This document shows positions 28,459 through 37,378 of a DNA stretch of 64,000 bases, piece by piece; position 1 is the first letter of the stretch; each line of letters opens with the position of its first letter. The notes below the pieces were generated by a model that worked only from the letters and a program-made list of their open reading frames with translations, ran no database searches and was not told the origin of the DNA. This stretch comes from Bacteroidales bacterium (lineage in GTDB: Bacteria; Bacteroidota; Bacteroidia; Bacteroidales; GCA-2748055). The stretch is taken from assembly GCA_040903745.1 (NCBI GenBank), contig JBBDUV010000006.1, positions 131,775 to 195,774 on the forward strand. The letters are read 5' to 3'. The position numbers and the translations under genes are program-made.

Positions 28459-30918
28459 ATGAAAAAATTATTCGTTTCGTTGTTATTTGTAAGTCTGTGG
28501 ATTTTCACCAGCGCACAGGTTCCACAGGGATTTAATTACCAGGCAATTGCCAGGGATGGACAGGGAAATCTTCTCGGTGAGCAGAACCTTACTGTTCGTG
28601 TCAGCATCATTCAAGACGGAAACAAGGTTTGGTCGGAGGATCATGCTGTTTCAACGAATGAAACGGGTTTGTTCTCATTGGTTATTGGTGATGAAGAGGT
28701 TTTCGGTTCCGGTTCCGCCGGTTCGTTTGCATTGATCGACTGGGAATCGGGTACTTTTACCCTGGGTGTTGAAATAAACCAGGGTAACGGTTTTGCAGAT
28801 CTGGGCGAGTTTCCTTTGCAATCAGTGCCTTTTGCCATGTATGCGGCGGACGGTCCCGGTGTTGAAGCACAGGATCTTATGATTTCAGAGAATACACTTT
28901 CTCTTTCTGATGATCCTACTCCGGAGGGAATCGATCTTCGACCGGTAATAAGCAACATATCAGGCTGGAACAGGGAAGTGGACTCAGTTGTTACCTATAA
29001 TTATGTCGGGGTAGGTACAAATATGACCAACCGGACATCACTGTCGGTACAGGGACTAAACAATGAACCGGAGGTTCCTTTATTTGAGGTGCGCCGGGAA
29101 GATGGCGTACCTGTATTCGCCGTGTTTAACGATGGGGTTATGGTCTATGTGGACGAAGACAGCAAAGCTGTAAAAGGCGGATTTGCTGTAGGCGGATACC
29201 AAAGAGGAAGCAAGGGAGTTACCCAGGAATATATGCGTGTCACACCCGATAGTGTCAGGATTTATGTGCCTGAAGGTACACAGCAGAAGGGAGTAAAAGG
29301 AGGTTTTGCCGTAGGCGGATACAGTAAGGCTTCGAAAGGGCCACTGCACGACCTGATGTATGTCACAACTGACAGCATCAGACTTTATGTGCCCGACAAG
29401 GAAAATGATATGGGTTACGTTGGGTTGCAGGGCGGATTTGCTGTGGAGACTTTTAACACTGAGCTGGAAGAGGATCAGCCCCGGGAGTATATCATGGGAA
29501 TGAACAGGGGGATAACCAGGTTCAATACAGCGGATAACCGAAACGGATTTGCTATCGGTAGTCAGGGAGAAGGTTGGGGTTCAACATACCTCCAGGTGAC
29601 ACCGGTAAATACATTCCTTGGTTTTGAAAGCGGTGTGAATACACGAAACAATCCGGATGCATGGAACGCCAACCAGGGTTCAAGAAACCTGTTTCTAGGG
29701 TATAAATCAGGACAGAATAACATGTATGGTCATCACAACGTCTTCCTGGGGTACCAGTCGGGACTGGAACTTGAGGGCGATAGTCTGGACGAGATGTCAG
29801 GAGCATACAATATTTTGATTGGACCCAACTCGGGAAGAACCCTGGCAGAAGGCGCCGCCAATATTTTTCTTGGCAGGTCGGCCGGAGAACATGTTACATC
29901 AGGCGAAGGCAATATTTTTGTCGGTGAGTTTGCTGGCAGACAATCAGCAGAAAGTAGCGGAAATATCGCCATAGGTAATTCTGCTGGCAGTAAAATTGGA
30001 AACTCAAACAATGTTATGATTGGCACCGGAGCCGGATCAAACAATGTTTCCGGCGCCTCCAATGTACTCATTGGAGCAAACGCCGGTTTGAACAGTGCCG
30101 GCAGCAGAAATGTTTTTATTGGTAGTTTTGCCGGTTATGAAGAAGAGGGAAATGACAAATTATATATTGATAATTCCAGCTCCTCCAACCCATTAATTTT
30201 TGGTGATTTTAATAATGATCTATTAAAGTTTAATGCTGAAGTAGGGATTAACGCTGACCCTGGGAATTATCGGTTGAGGGTTGAAGAGACCCGGCCGTCA
30301 CATTCTTACGCTGCAATATTTGCAAAAAATGAGATATCGAACAATGGTGTTGGCGTTGGTGTAGAAGGCTACGGTGGTCAGTTTGGCGTGATGGGTGTTT
30401 CACAAATCTCCGGTACGGGATACAGGTACGGAACCTATGGACTTGCAGTTGGTGGTACTTATAACTATGGACTATATGGAAGCGCCAGCGGTGGAATAGC
30501 CTATGCAGTATATGCCGCTGGAGATTTGGCATATACCGGTGGACTGATTGCTGCATCAGATCAAAAATTCAAAAAGGATATAGGAGCCCTCAATTCAATT
30601 ATGGAAAACCTGATGAAGGTGCAACCAAGGCTATATACTGTTGGCGGATCTGAGGCGAAATCGGTGGGTCTTGAAGAGAAATCACAATATGGTTTTGTTG
30701 CCCAGGAGCTGGAGAAGATATTCCCTGAACTGGTTGTTGAGGTTGTTCATCCGAAAACAGATGATCCGGGTCAAGCCAAAGCCTCTGGAAACCCCCAGAC
30801 CTATAAAGGGATTAAATATTTGGAGATGATCCCTATTCTGCTAAAGGGACTTCAGGAGCAACAGGAGGAGATTGAGATGCTTAGAAGCCGTATTGAAGTA
30901 CTTGAAGGACAGCAATAG
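28459..30918 (+). CDS. Tail-fibre-like secreted protein with C-terminal S74 intramolecular chaperone domain
   Basis: 819 aa with a signal peptide, ~41-aa GGFAVGGY repeats and about 10 short NxFxGxxAG-type beta-helix repeats. The C-terminus SDQKFKKDI...YGFVAQELEKIFPELV is typical of peptidase S74 / endosialidase chaperone domains, followed by a terminal coiled coil. Confidence 0.8.
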   Translation: MKKLFVSLLFVSLWIFTSAQVPQGFNYQAIARDGQGNLLGEQNLTVRVSIIQDGNKVWSEDHAVSTNETGLFSLVIGDEEVFGSGSAGSFALIDWESGTFTLGVEINQGNGFADLGEFPLQSVPFAMYAADGPGVEAQDLMISENTLSLSDDPTPEGIDLRPVISNISGWNREVDSVVTYNYVGVGTNMTNRTSLSVQGLNNEPEVPLFEVRREDGVPVFAVFNDGVMVYVDEDSKAVKGGFAVGGYQRGSKGVTQEYMRVTPDSVRIYVPEGTQQKGVKGGFAVGGYSKASKGPLHDLMYVTTDSIRLYVPDKENDMGYVGLQGGFAVETFNTELEEDQPREYIMGMNRGITRFNTADNRNGFAIGSQGEGWGSTYLQVTPVNTFLGFESGVNTRNNPDAWNANQGSRNLFLGYKSGQNNMYGHHNVFLGYQSGLELEGDSLDEMSGAYNILIGPNSGRTLAEGAANIFLGRSAGEHVTSGEGNIFVGEFAGRQSAESSGNIAIGNSAGSKIGNSNNVMIGTGAGSNNVSGASNVLIGANAGLNSAGSRNVFIGSFAGYEEEGNDKLYIDNSSSSNPLIFGDFNNDLLKFNAEVGINADPGNYRLRVEETRPSHSYAAIFAKNEISNNGVGVGVEGYGGQFGVMGVSQISGTGYRYGTYGLAVGGTYNYGLYGSASGGIAYAVYAAGDLAYTGGLIAASDQKFKKDIGALNSIMENLMKVQPRLYTVGGSEAKSVGLEEKSQYGFVAQELEKIFPELVVEVVHPKTDDPGQAKASGNPQTYKGIKYLEMIPILLKGLQEQQEEIEMLRSRIEVLEGQQ
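29167..29450 (+). repeat. In-frame tandem repeat (123-nt period, 2 full copies plus 1 partial) inside the S74 protein gene
   Basis: gct gta aaa ggc gga ttt gct gta ggc gga tac at 29167 against gga gta aaa gga ggt ttt gcc gta ggc gga tac at 29290. A third GGFAV unit lies near 29431. Confidence 0.7.
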
Positions 30919-30991
30919 TTCAATAATTTCCGTTTGAGTAAGTTCACAAATAACGTTTGAATGTTGTGTCGAAAACTGAATGGTATCTGCC

Positions 30992-33184
30992 TCATACCTG
31001 CAGGTCAAGGTTGGAAAATTCTTTTGAAACCTCAAAATCATATTCGGGGTAATCATAGATTGGTATCCGTTTTTCTGTCTGTCCAAGCGAATAACCAAAC
31101 AGCCCTTCATAATCGTCCCGGTTCTCTCCCAATTCCTCAAGCTGGTTGAGGTATTCATGGATCGATTTCGACTCTATGATGATCACCCTACCCATTTTAT
31201 GTATAATTGGACTGTGCTCTCGGGTTTCGTCATGGTCAAATTCCAGGATACGCCGGCCATAGCGCGTAATACCGATTACCCTGAATGACAGACTTTTTCC
31301 CACACCGGGCAGATTCAGTACGTTCCTGTCGGTAGCAAGAAACGGGATGTTGGCAGAACGCCGCATTGCTTCGATATTTTCGACCATCATGCCTGCTTCA
31401 TTTGAAAATTCCCGGATGGTATCGTAATGCTCCTCATTGATCGCACCAATGGCCTTTTCTTCCAGTTCCTCCTGTACCACCCTGGCATTCGGGGCGAAGT
31501 TGTAATTGTTTTCCATGTATCCCTTCACTGTGAAGGTATAGTAAGGTAGCACTCCGATATCGTTTAACACTTTCCGCAGTTTAGCAGAATGTCCCCGCCT
31601 TGATGCTGCTGTGGTAAACACAAGCTGGTTGGTAACGATCCATCCTGCAGCGATCATTTTCATGATAGCTTTTGCAGCTTCAGGGGTGACCTCCATGGGT
31701 GAGACAAAATGGGTTTGAATTATAAACTGACTGATACCGATGGCCGATGCTTTTTCCCTGAATTTTTGAAGGATCTCTGCAAGGTTTTCAGTAACCCGTT
31801 GGGGGAGGTATACCGGAAGCCTGGTTCCAAATCGTACCCTCACGATCTCAGCCATCTTTTTACCTTCCGGCAGACCGGCGTTCCGCTCTCTTTTGCGGCT
31901 GGCCATTTCATATATCTCATCCAGAATTTGTTTTATTGTGTTGTCGGAACTCATAAAGGCATCCCCACCCGTAATCAGGATATCCCTGAGCTGTGTATCC
32001 TCCTCGTAATACTTCATTAGTCTTTTTAGCTTGTCGGGCCACCTTTCATTTGGCTTGAGTTGGTCGAGATTGAAGTTAAGCCTTCCCGACTGGAAATCAT
32101 ACATGCGCTGACAGGAGGAGCAGAGTCCGCCGCATGCCCGCCCCATTGAATCAGGAATGAGGATGGCCACTTCGGGGTACCTGCGGTGGATGTTATTGTG
32201 AGAGGGGAGGACCCATCCTGCGGCATTTGGTTTACCCGGTTCAACCTTGTCCTCCTTCTCCCAGGCAACTATATTTCCGAATTCTTCTACCAGTTTTTTA
32301 CTGTAAAGTATATAATATCTGATTGCGAGATCGGCCCCAATGGCAAAATAGGGTACCCGCACATGAAGCAGGGAGAGGTAGTATGGGTTGACAAAGAATG
32401 GAATGCCCGATTCTTTCGCCTCTTCAAGGATCTTCATCGTGTCGGGATCGAGTGAGAAACCGAGCATTTCGTTAAGTAATTCGGGGGACCGAACCGCGAA
32501 ATGGAGATGAAATTTATATTCATCCCACCATTGCTGCATCTTTTTGAGTTTTTGGTTAAAGGATTCATTTTCATCGAAATAGTACTTTGAACTGGTAATC
32601 TCCCCGCTGTCAAGTTTACTGATCAGAATTTTTATGATCCTCATTTTATTCTCTTCCCGCAGTTGCACGATTCTCGGATCCAGGCCGTCGGGATAACGGT
32701 CCATCCATTTTTCTACCTGGTCCCGCGAAGGGTGTTGCCTGAGGCTCTCTCCCCTGAGTTGTCTGAACAGTTGGATCATATCTTTGAAGAAGCCCGGTTT
32801 GGCTCCTCCGGTACCCTTATTTACGGCCAACCAGAGCAACCGCATAGGATTACTTACAGCGATCTCCCCGCGGAGGTTCAGGTCGGGATACTGTTTTCCT
32901 GCGTGATCGATGTAATCGAGAATCCTGATGATCGCATAATCGCGCCACTCCAGTTTTTCAAATAAATTCCTGGTGGGATGTGTTGCATGATAAAAGCTGA
33001 ATGCATCTTTTCTCTCTTTCAGGCTCCTTTCGATCCACTCTTTTACTCCTACCCTTACCTCTGTTTCGTTGCTGGAATTCCTCAGGATATCTTCCAGTTC
33101 AGGATTTTCATTGAGTAATTGTTTGAGCAACCTATGTGATTCGACATTGATAGCGATCCTGTCAAGTTTTTCAATCTCAGTCAT
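30992..33184 (-). CDS. KamA-family (lysine 2,3-aminomutase-like) radical SAM protein, long form
   Basis: 730 aa with the CxxxCxxC motif CGGLCSSC at residues 351-358, followed by DILITGGDAF as in aminomutases. It has about 225 extra N-terminal residues and a longer C-terminus than the canonical ~416-aa enzymes. Confidence 0.85.
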   Translation of the reverse strand: MTEIEKLDRIAINVESHRLLKQLLNENPELEDILRNSSNETEVRVGVKEWIERSLKERKDAFSFYHATHPTRNLFEKLEWRDYAIIRILDYIDHAGKQYPDLNLRGEIAVSNPMRLLWLAVNKGTGGAKPGFFKDMIQLFRQLRGESLRQHPSRDQVEKWMDRYPDGLDPRIVQLREENKMRIIKILISKLDSGEITSSKYYFDENESFNQKLKKMQQWWDEYKFHLHFAVRSPELLNEMLGFSLDPDTMKILEEAKESGIPFFVNPYYLSLLHVRVPYFAIGADLAIRYYILYSKKLVEEFGNIVAWEKEDKVEPGKPNAAGWVLPSHNNIHRRYPEVAILIPDSMGRACGGLCSSCQRMYDFQSGRLNFNLDQLKPNERWPDKLKRLMKYYEEDTQLRDILITGGDAFMSSDNTIKQILDEIYEMASRKRERNAGLPEGKKMAEIVRVRFGTRLPVYLPQRVTENLAEILQKFREKASAIGISQFIIQTHFVSPMEVTPEAAKAIMKMIAAGWIVTNQLVFTTAASRRGHSAKLRKVLNDIGVLPYYTFTVKGYMENNYNFAPNARVVQEELEEKAIGAINEEHYDTIREFSNEAGMMVENIEAMRRSANIPFLATDRNVLNLPGVGKSLSFRVIGITRYGRRILEFDHDETREHSPIIHKMGRVIIIESKSIHEYLNQLEELGENRDDYEGLFGYSLGQTEKRIPIYDYPEYDFEVSKEFSNLDLQV

Positions 33185-33377
33185 GATATATCAGTGTTTC
33201 CGGATAAGTTACAAAAAAAAATCGAGACAAACCTACGGCAAATCAACGTTTATGAAAAACTAACAATTGAAGGAGATTTTTTAAAAATGGGTATCTGCAA
33301 CAGGTATTTTTCCTATATTTCCCTCACCAATTTGGTTTTGCAATTAAAAAGGGATTTATTCACTAATCAAAAAGCGA

Positions 33378-34763
33378 ATGAAATTGCATGAAACTTACCG
33401 CTCAGGGAATTCCATACACAAATTTTTTGTTTTCGGACTACTTCTGTTCGCAGCCCTGTTTGCTATTAATCGTCCGGCTAAAGCTGATGAAAACAAAGGA
33501 GAGGAAATTTATAAGTATCTCTCACAGAAGGTTAACATGGGAGACAGCACCTTTATCGGTACGCTGAACAGTGAGTCACGGGAGCTTGACTGGACCAATG
33601 CTGAGAATCTTGAATTCCAGGGTCATCTGAGATTTTTGACATCCCCGGTTGAGGGAGGTGCCGATCAGACCAGGCTGTTTTTTATCAGGAATGCAGAGAA
33701 GGGTAAGATCTATATTCTCAGTATTCCCGATCGGGATCATCCGGATTATGTAGCACTTGAGGAATTAATAGAAAACAAACTCAAATTCAATGTCAGGATC
33801 CTTGAGGCCGAAGTGAATGGCGAGACGTATCAATTTGCACAATTTAACACAAGACCTGTACAGCCTATGTTTGACAAGGTGTTTCGGTTGATGATCATCC
33901 TGATGCTGTTCCTGATTATGGTTGGGATGGGGCTTACCCTGACAGGCAGGGACTTTGCAGTGCTTATCTCCAGACCAAAAGGGATTATTGTAGGGGAGAT
34001 CCTGCAGTTTGGGATCATGCCACTCATCGCCATGGGGTTTGGTTACCTGCTTGGTTTCCATGAGAGTTATCCATATATCTATGTGGGAATGATACTTATA
34101 ACAGCCACTCCAGGAGGTGTTACCTCAAACCTTATGACCCATTATGCCAAAGGGGATGTAGCATTGTCCGTTGCCCTGACCTCAGTTTCCACTGTGCTTT
34201 CCATCTTTTTTGTACCACTGCTGTTGAATGCATATTGTGCCAATATGCCGGAGATTAAGGTACCTACCAGTACTATAACAGTCACAATCGTTGTGCTGGT
34301 GATTATTCCGCTGGGTATCGGAATGCTGTTTAGGCACTTCAATGATGTACTTGCCAAAAGACTAATACCGGTGTTCAGTATTCTTGGCGTTGTTGCACTC
34401 CTGTTCCTTATCATTGCCGGCATACTCAATAATCTTGAAGGATTTGCGGACACACAGCGACACGGTTCCAGGTTTTATTCGATGATCCTGCTCCTGACAT
34501 TTACAGGCATGTTTGTCGGCGGACTGGTCCCCTTGCTTTTCAAAATATCAAAATTTCAGGCAAGGGCCATATCGCTGGAGACAGGATTGAGGAATGCATC
34601 ATTAGCCATGACGATTGCACTGCTGATCCAGGACTCAATGGGTGATTTTCACTCCTCCATGTTCTGGGTATCCGGAATGTTTGGGTTGACGATGTATATT
34701 GCCGGGATCGTTGCGATCAAGGTATATCCGAAGATATTACCGGTGAATGAAAAATCCGCATAA
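33378..34763 (+). CDS. Bile acid:sodium symporter (BASS) family transporter with an extra N-terminal extracytoplasmic domain
   Basis: The C-terminal ~300 aa is BASS-like (TATPGGVTSNLMTHYAKGDVALSVALTSVSTV). The N-terminal ~150 aa is a signal/TM followed by a soluble domain of unknown family. Confidence 0.8.
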   Translation: MKLHETYRSGNSIHKFFVFGLLLFAALFAINRPAKADENKGEEIYKYLSQKVNMGDSTFIGTLNSESRELDWTNAENLEFQGHLRFLTSPVEGGADQTRLFFIRNAEKGKIYILSIPDRDHPDYVALEELIENKLKFNVRILEAEVNGETYQFAQFNTRPVQPMFDKVFRLMIILMLFLIMVGMGLTLTGRDFAVLISRPKGIIVGEILQFGIMPLIAMGFGYLLGFHESYPYIYVGMILITATPGGVTSNLMTHYAKGDVALSVALTSVSTVLSIFFVPLLLNAYCANMPEIKVPTSTITVTIVVLVIIPLGIGMLFRHFNDVLAKRLIPVFSILGVVALLFLIIAGILNNLEGFADTQRHGSRFYSMILLLTFTGMFVGGLVPLLFKISKFQARAISLETGLRNASLAMTIALLIQDSMGDFHSSMFWVSGMFGLTMYIAGIVAIKVYPKILPVNEKSA

Positions 34764-34822
34764 GAATTCCAGGATCGAGAATCTGAACAGGATTATGCCG
34801 AAGGCGCTGGAATATTATAACA

Positions 34823-34848
34823 AAAGGCAGCCCCAGTGAACTGCCTTT
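34823..34848. terminator. Possible hairpin between the BASS gene and tRNA-Thr
   Basis: aaaggcag / ctgccttt 8-bp stem with a 10-nt loop, flanked by short A and T runs. This is a weak call. Confidence 0.3.
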
Positions 34849-34861
34849 AAGAAGAGATAGG

Positions 34862-34934
34862 AGCCTCTCAGGGGACTTGAACCCCCGACCTGCTCATTAC
34901 GAATGAGCTGCTCTGCCAACTGAGCTAAAGAGGC
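34862..34934 (-). tRNA. tRNA-Thr (anticodon CGT)
   Basis: The reverse complement gcctctttagctcagttggcagagcagctcattcgtaatgagcaggtcgggggttcaagtcccctgagaggct folds as a cloverleaf. The anticodon loop is ttCGTaa and the T-loop is ttcaagt. Confidence 0.9.
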
Positions 34935-35138
34935 GTTACAGGGTACAAATATCTGAATAAAAAATAGAAAATCTTCCATTTTCAGGAGTGAAACTAACTT
35001 GAGAAAGACAGATCGCCTGACACCCAAATTGAAACCGAATTCCTATTTTTTGAAAAAGTCGCCCTTTATTAGAACGAGCTGTCAATAGTATCTAATATTC
35101 CTTGTTGGACAGAGCAGGGAGATGAACTTGTTTAAATG

Positions 35139-36053
35139 TTAATTCAGATTAAAAGAAATGGTGCACCTCACTGTGGAGTAATTCAGGTCATGCAGACCCT
35201 GCTGGTACATCAATCTGTAACCGGTCTTTCCAGTGGTTCTGTTTTCGATGATGAATCTGTAAGCCAGGGGTCTGTCGCCGTTGTTAAAATAACCGGCAAA
35301 GCCAGTGAGCTGATGCTGTATATTTATCTTTCTGAAAGCTGTTAGGATCCCCGCACCATAGAGAAAAGCATCGTTCTGATAGCGGTTTTTTGTATAGGTC
35401 TGGTAAGAATAGAACCCGGCTTTACCATACAATTGATGGTATTGAATCTTGTTTCCCATCGTGTTGATTCGTTTTCCCAGTGTTGCATCAAACCAGTATC
35501 CTGGCGTATCCGTGTGTCGGGCGCCATCGAGGTTGGTGCCCGATGCCGTCTTAATATTGGCAGAGATCATCAGGTCGGGAAGGCGGTCGTGGTCCCTGAT
35601 CAGCTGCACACAGGTTGTTACATAGATATCACCAAAACTGTAACCCTCCGGTTCCAGTTCCCTTGAGCTTCTTAAATCCCGGGTGATTGTATCTGTCCGG
35701 TAAATTTCCACCGGACGGTAGCTGACCTGCATAGAGGCCCTGTCCGAGAAGAGAGGAAAGTTATAGCTCAAATAAAGATTGGCAGTCTGATCGCCCTTGC
35801 TGTAATGTCCCTCGAGTCCGGTTTCAATATGGTGCCCGGCCGGAATGTTTCCACTATACATTTCGGGTATGGGTAAAGCGTTTGGCCCCATATATGCCGG
35901 AGAAAGAATCAGGTACTCTATCCAGCTTTTTGAGCCGTCATAATCATGCTTTTTGTTCCACCAGTGATAGTCTGTTTGACTGTACAGCGCAAAAGAAATT
36001 ACCAGCAAGAGGGCGGTAAAGCATAGTTTTTGGATTACATTATAGGCTGACAT
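35139..36053 (-). CDS. Hypothetical outer-membrane beta-barrel-like protein
   Basis: 304 aa with a signal peptide (ALLLVISFALYSQ), an alternating aromatic/Gly beta-strand pattern and a C-terminal aromatic-rich end. I recognise no family. Confidence 0.5.
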   Translation of the reverse strand: MSAYNVIQKLCFTALLLVISFALYSQTDYHWWNKKHDYDGSKSWIEYLILSPAYMGPNALPIPEMYSGNIPAGHHIETGLEGHYSKGDQTANLYLSYNFPLFSDRASMQVSYRPVEIYRTDTITRDLRSSRELEPEGYSFGDIYVTTCVQLIRDHDRLPDLMISANIKTASGTNLDGARHTDTPGYWFDATLGKRINTMGNKIQYHQLYGKAGFYSYQTYTKNRYQNDAFLYGAGILTAFRKINIQHQLTGFAGYFNNGDRPLAYRFIIENRTTGKTGYRLMYQQGLHDLNYSTVRCTISFNLN

Positions 36054-36148
36054 ACAAATATGAAATCTGACAGACAGGGATATTTTGTATCAATTGTTTA
36101 AAGATAACTGATACCACCATTTTATACAACACCAGAAGCGATTCTTTT

Positions 36149-36239
36149 TGGCGGAGAAAGGGGGATTCGAACCCCCGGTTCGCGCAAGGCGAACAACGGT
36201 TTTCGAGACCGCCCCGTTCGACCACTCCGGCATTTCTCC
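36149..36239 (-). tRNA. tRNA-Ser (anticodon CGA), CCA encoded
   Basis: The reverse complement ggagaaatgccggagtggtcgaacggggcggtctcgaaaaccgttgttcgccttgcgcgaaccgggggttcgaatccccctttctccgcca has a long variable arm, anticodon loop ctCGAaa and a 3' CCA. Confidence 0.9.
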
Positions 36240-36279
36240 GGTGCAAAGGTAGGAAATTGGATTGAAAATCATGATGCAG

Positions 36280-37049
36280 ATAGGATGCTTTGGTCAGACC
36301 CGGAACAAATCCGACCCATAGAAGACAGCATGAAGTATAAAACAACCAGATAGCTATCTCTTCCGAAATAATTCAGGTTCTCTTCAAAGTATTTTGAGCG
36401 GCCATTTTCCCGATAAGGATCGAGATGAGGATGCCGGCTGGACTGTACGATCATTATCCGGCTTTAAATATATGGCTGAATTTATGAGTCACTGGAATAG
36501 ACGGATTTGTATAGGTCCACCCTACAATGGCTCCATCGGTATTGCCTTTCATGCTATAAATGGGTTTCAGGTCAGCTGCTCAGAGAAAGCTGACTTTTGT
36601 GCATTAGGTGCGGGCGTTTCAATATTTGTTAGATCATAAAAATCTTCTGGCTTTTTCTTTATCTCCTCACTGGTGGTCAGGTAGTAGATTGATTTAGCAG
36701 AAATAGATGGATCTTTCAGGAAAGGCATCGTTGATTGGCAATTCATGTTTTATCAGTTGAATTGTTGATGCCACTTGTTCCAGAGATTCCATGTCAGCAA
36801 AAAAGAGTCTGCAAGTTCCTGAAGTGTTTTTTTGATCTCCTATTTCACCAGTTTTCTTCTTTCCCTGTCCCGGACCAGCAAAACCAGTGACGCGCCCATG
36901 GTGGCAAATTGTTTTGCAGTTGCATGGCCAACTCCTGAATTTGTACCCCAGATCATTACGATCTTGTCATCTGCTCCTTGGAGGGACCGTTTTAGAGGCA
37001 GTCTACTCTTTCTAAAGAAGTCGAGTTCATCCGGGTATTTACATGCCAT
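36280..37049 (-). pseudogene. Decayed short-chain dehydrogenase/reductase (SDR) gene
   Basis: The 69-aa ORF 36840-37049 has the SDR N-terminus (IVMIWGTNSGVGHATAKQFATMGASLVLLVRD). Downstream on the - strand I read further SDR-like pieces in shifted frames, interrupted by stops. The lower boundary is approximate. Confidence 0.5.
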
Positions 37050-37378
37050 ATGTGAAGCTGTTAACTTTTTTTATTCGATCATGGACAAATATTGTAAATT
37101 GTAAGCAGTGCCATCAGGGTGTAAATCATGCGGTCTGCATCTATGCTGCTCACATATTCCTGCCAGGCACGATCAATAAATAACAAGATAGTGGCTAATA
37201 TTAAAAGGTTCTAAACAATTTTCCTATGTGATTGTTATAATGTCATTATGTACGTTTTTAAAAAACTAATAACCAGTGTAACATAATTGACACTGTATTG
37301 GTTTAATCCGGGAGAAAAACTTTCTAATAGTGCCCGATCCTTTTCGTACGCAAATGTCGAACTAATCACACTATCCAT

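Noticed and set aside
28459-30918. Prophage or tailocin locus, inferred from the tail-fibre/S74 protein
   Set aside because: The flanking genes are a rhodanese lipoprotein and a radical SAM enzyme. No capsid, tail, baseplate, lysis or integrase genes lie nearby.
34815-35027. 70-aa - strand ORF, and likewise the ORFs at 36040-36345 and 36090-36272
   Set aside because: They overlap the tRNA-Thr and tRNA-Ser genes respectively and are translation artefacts of tRNA sequence.
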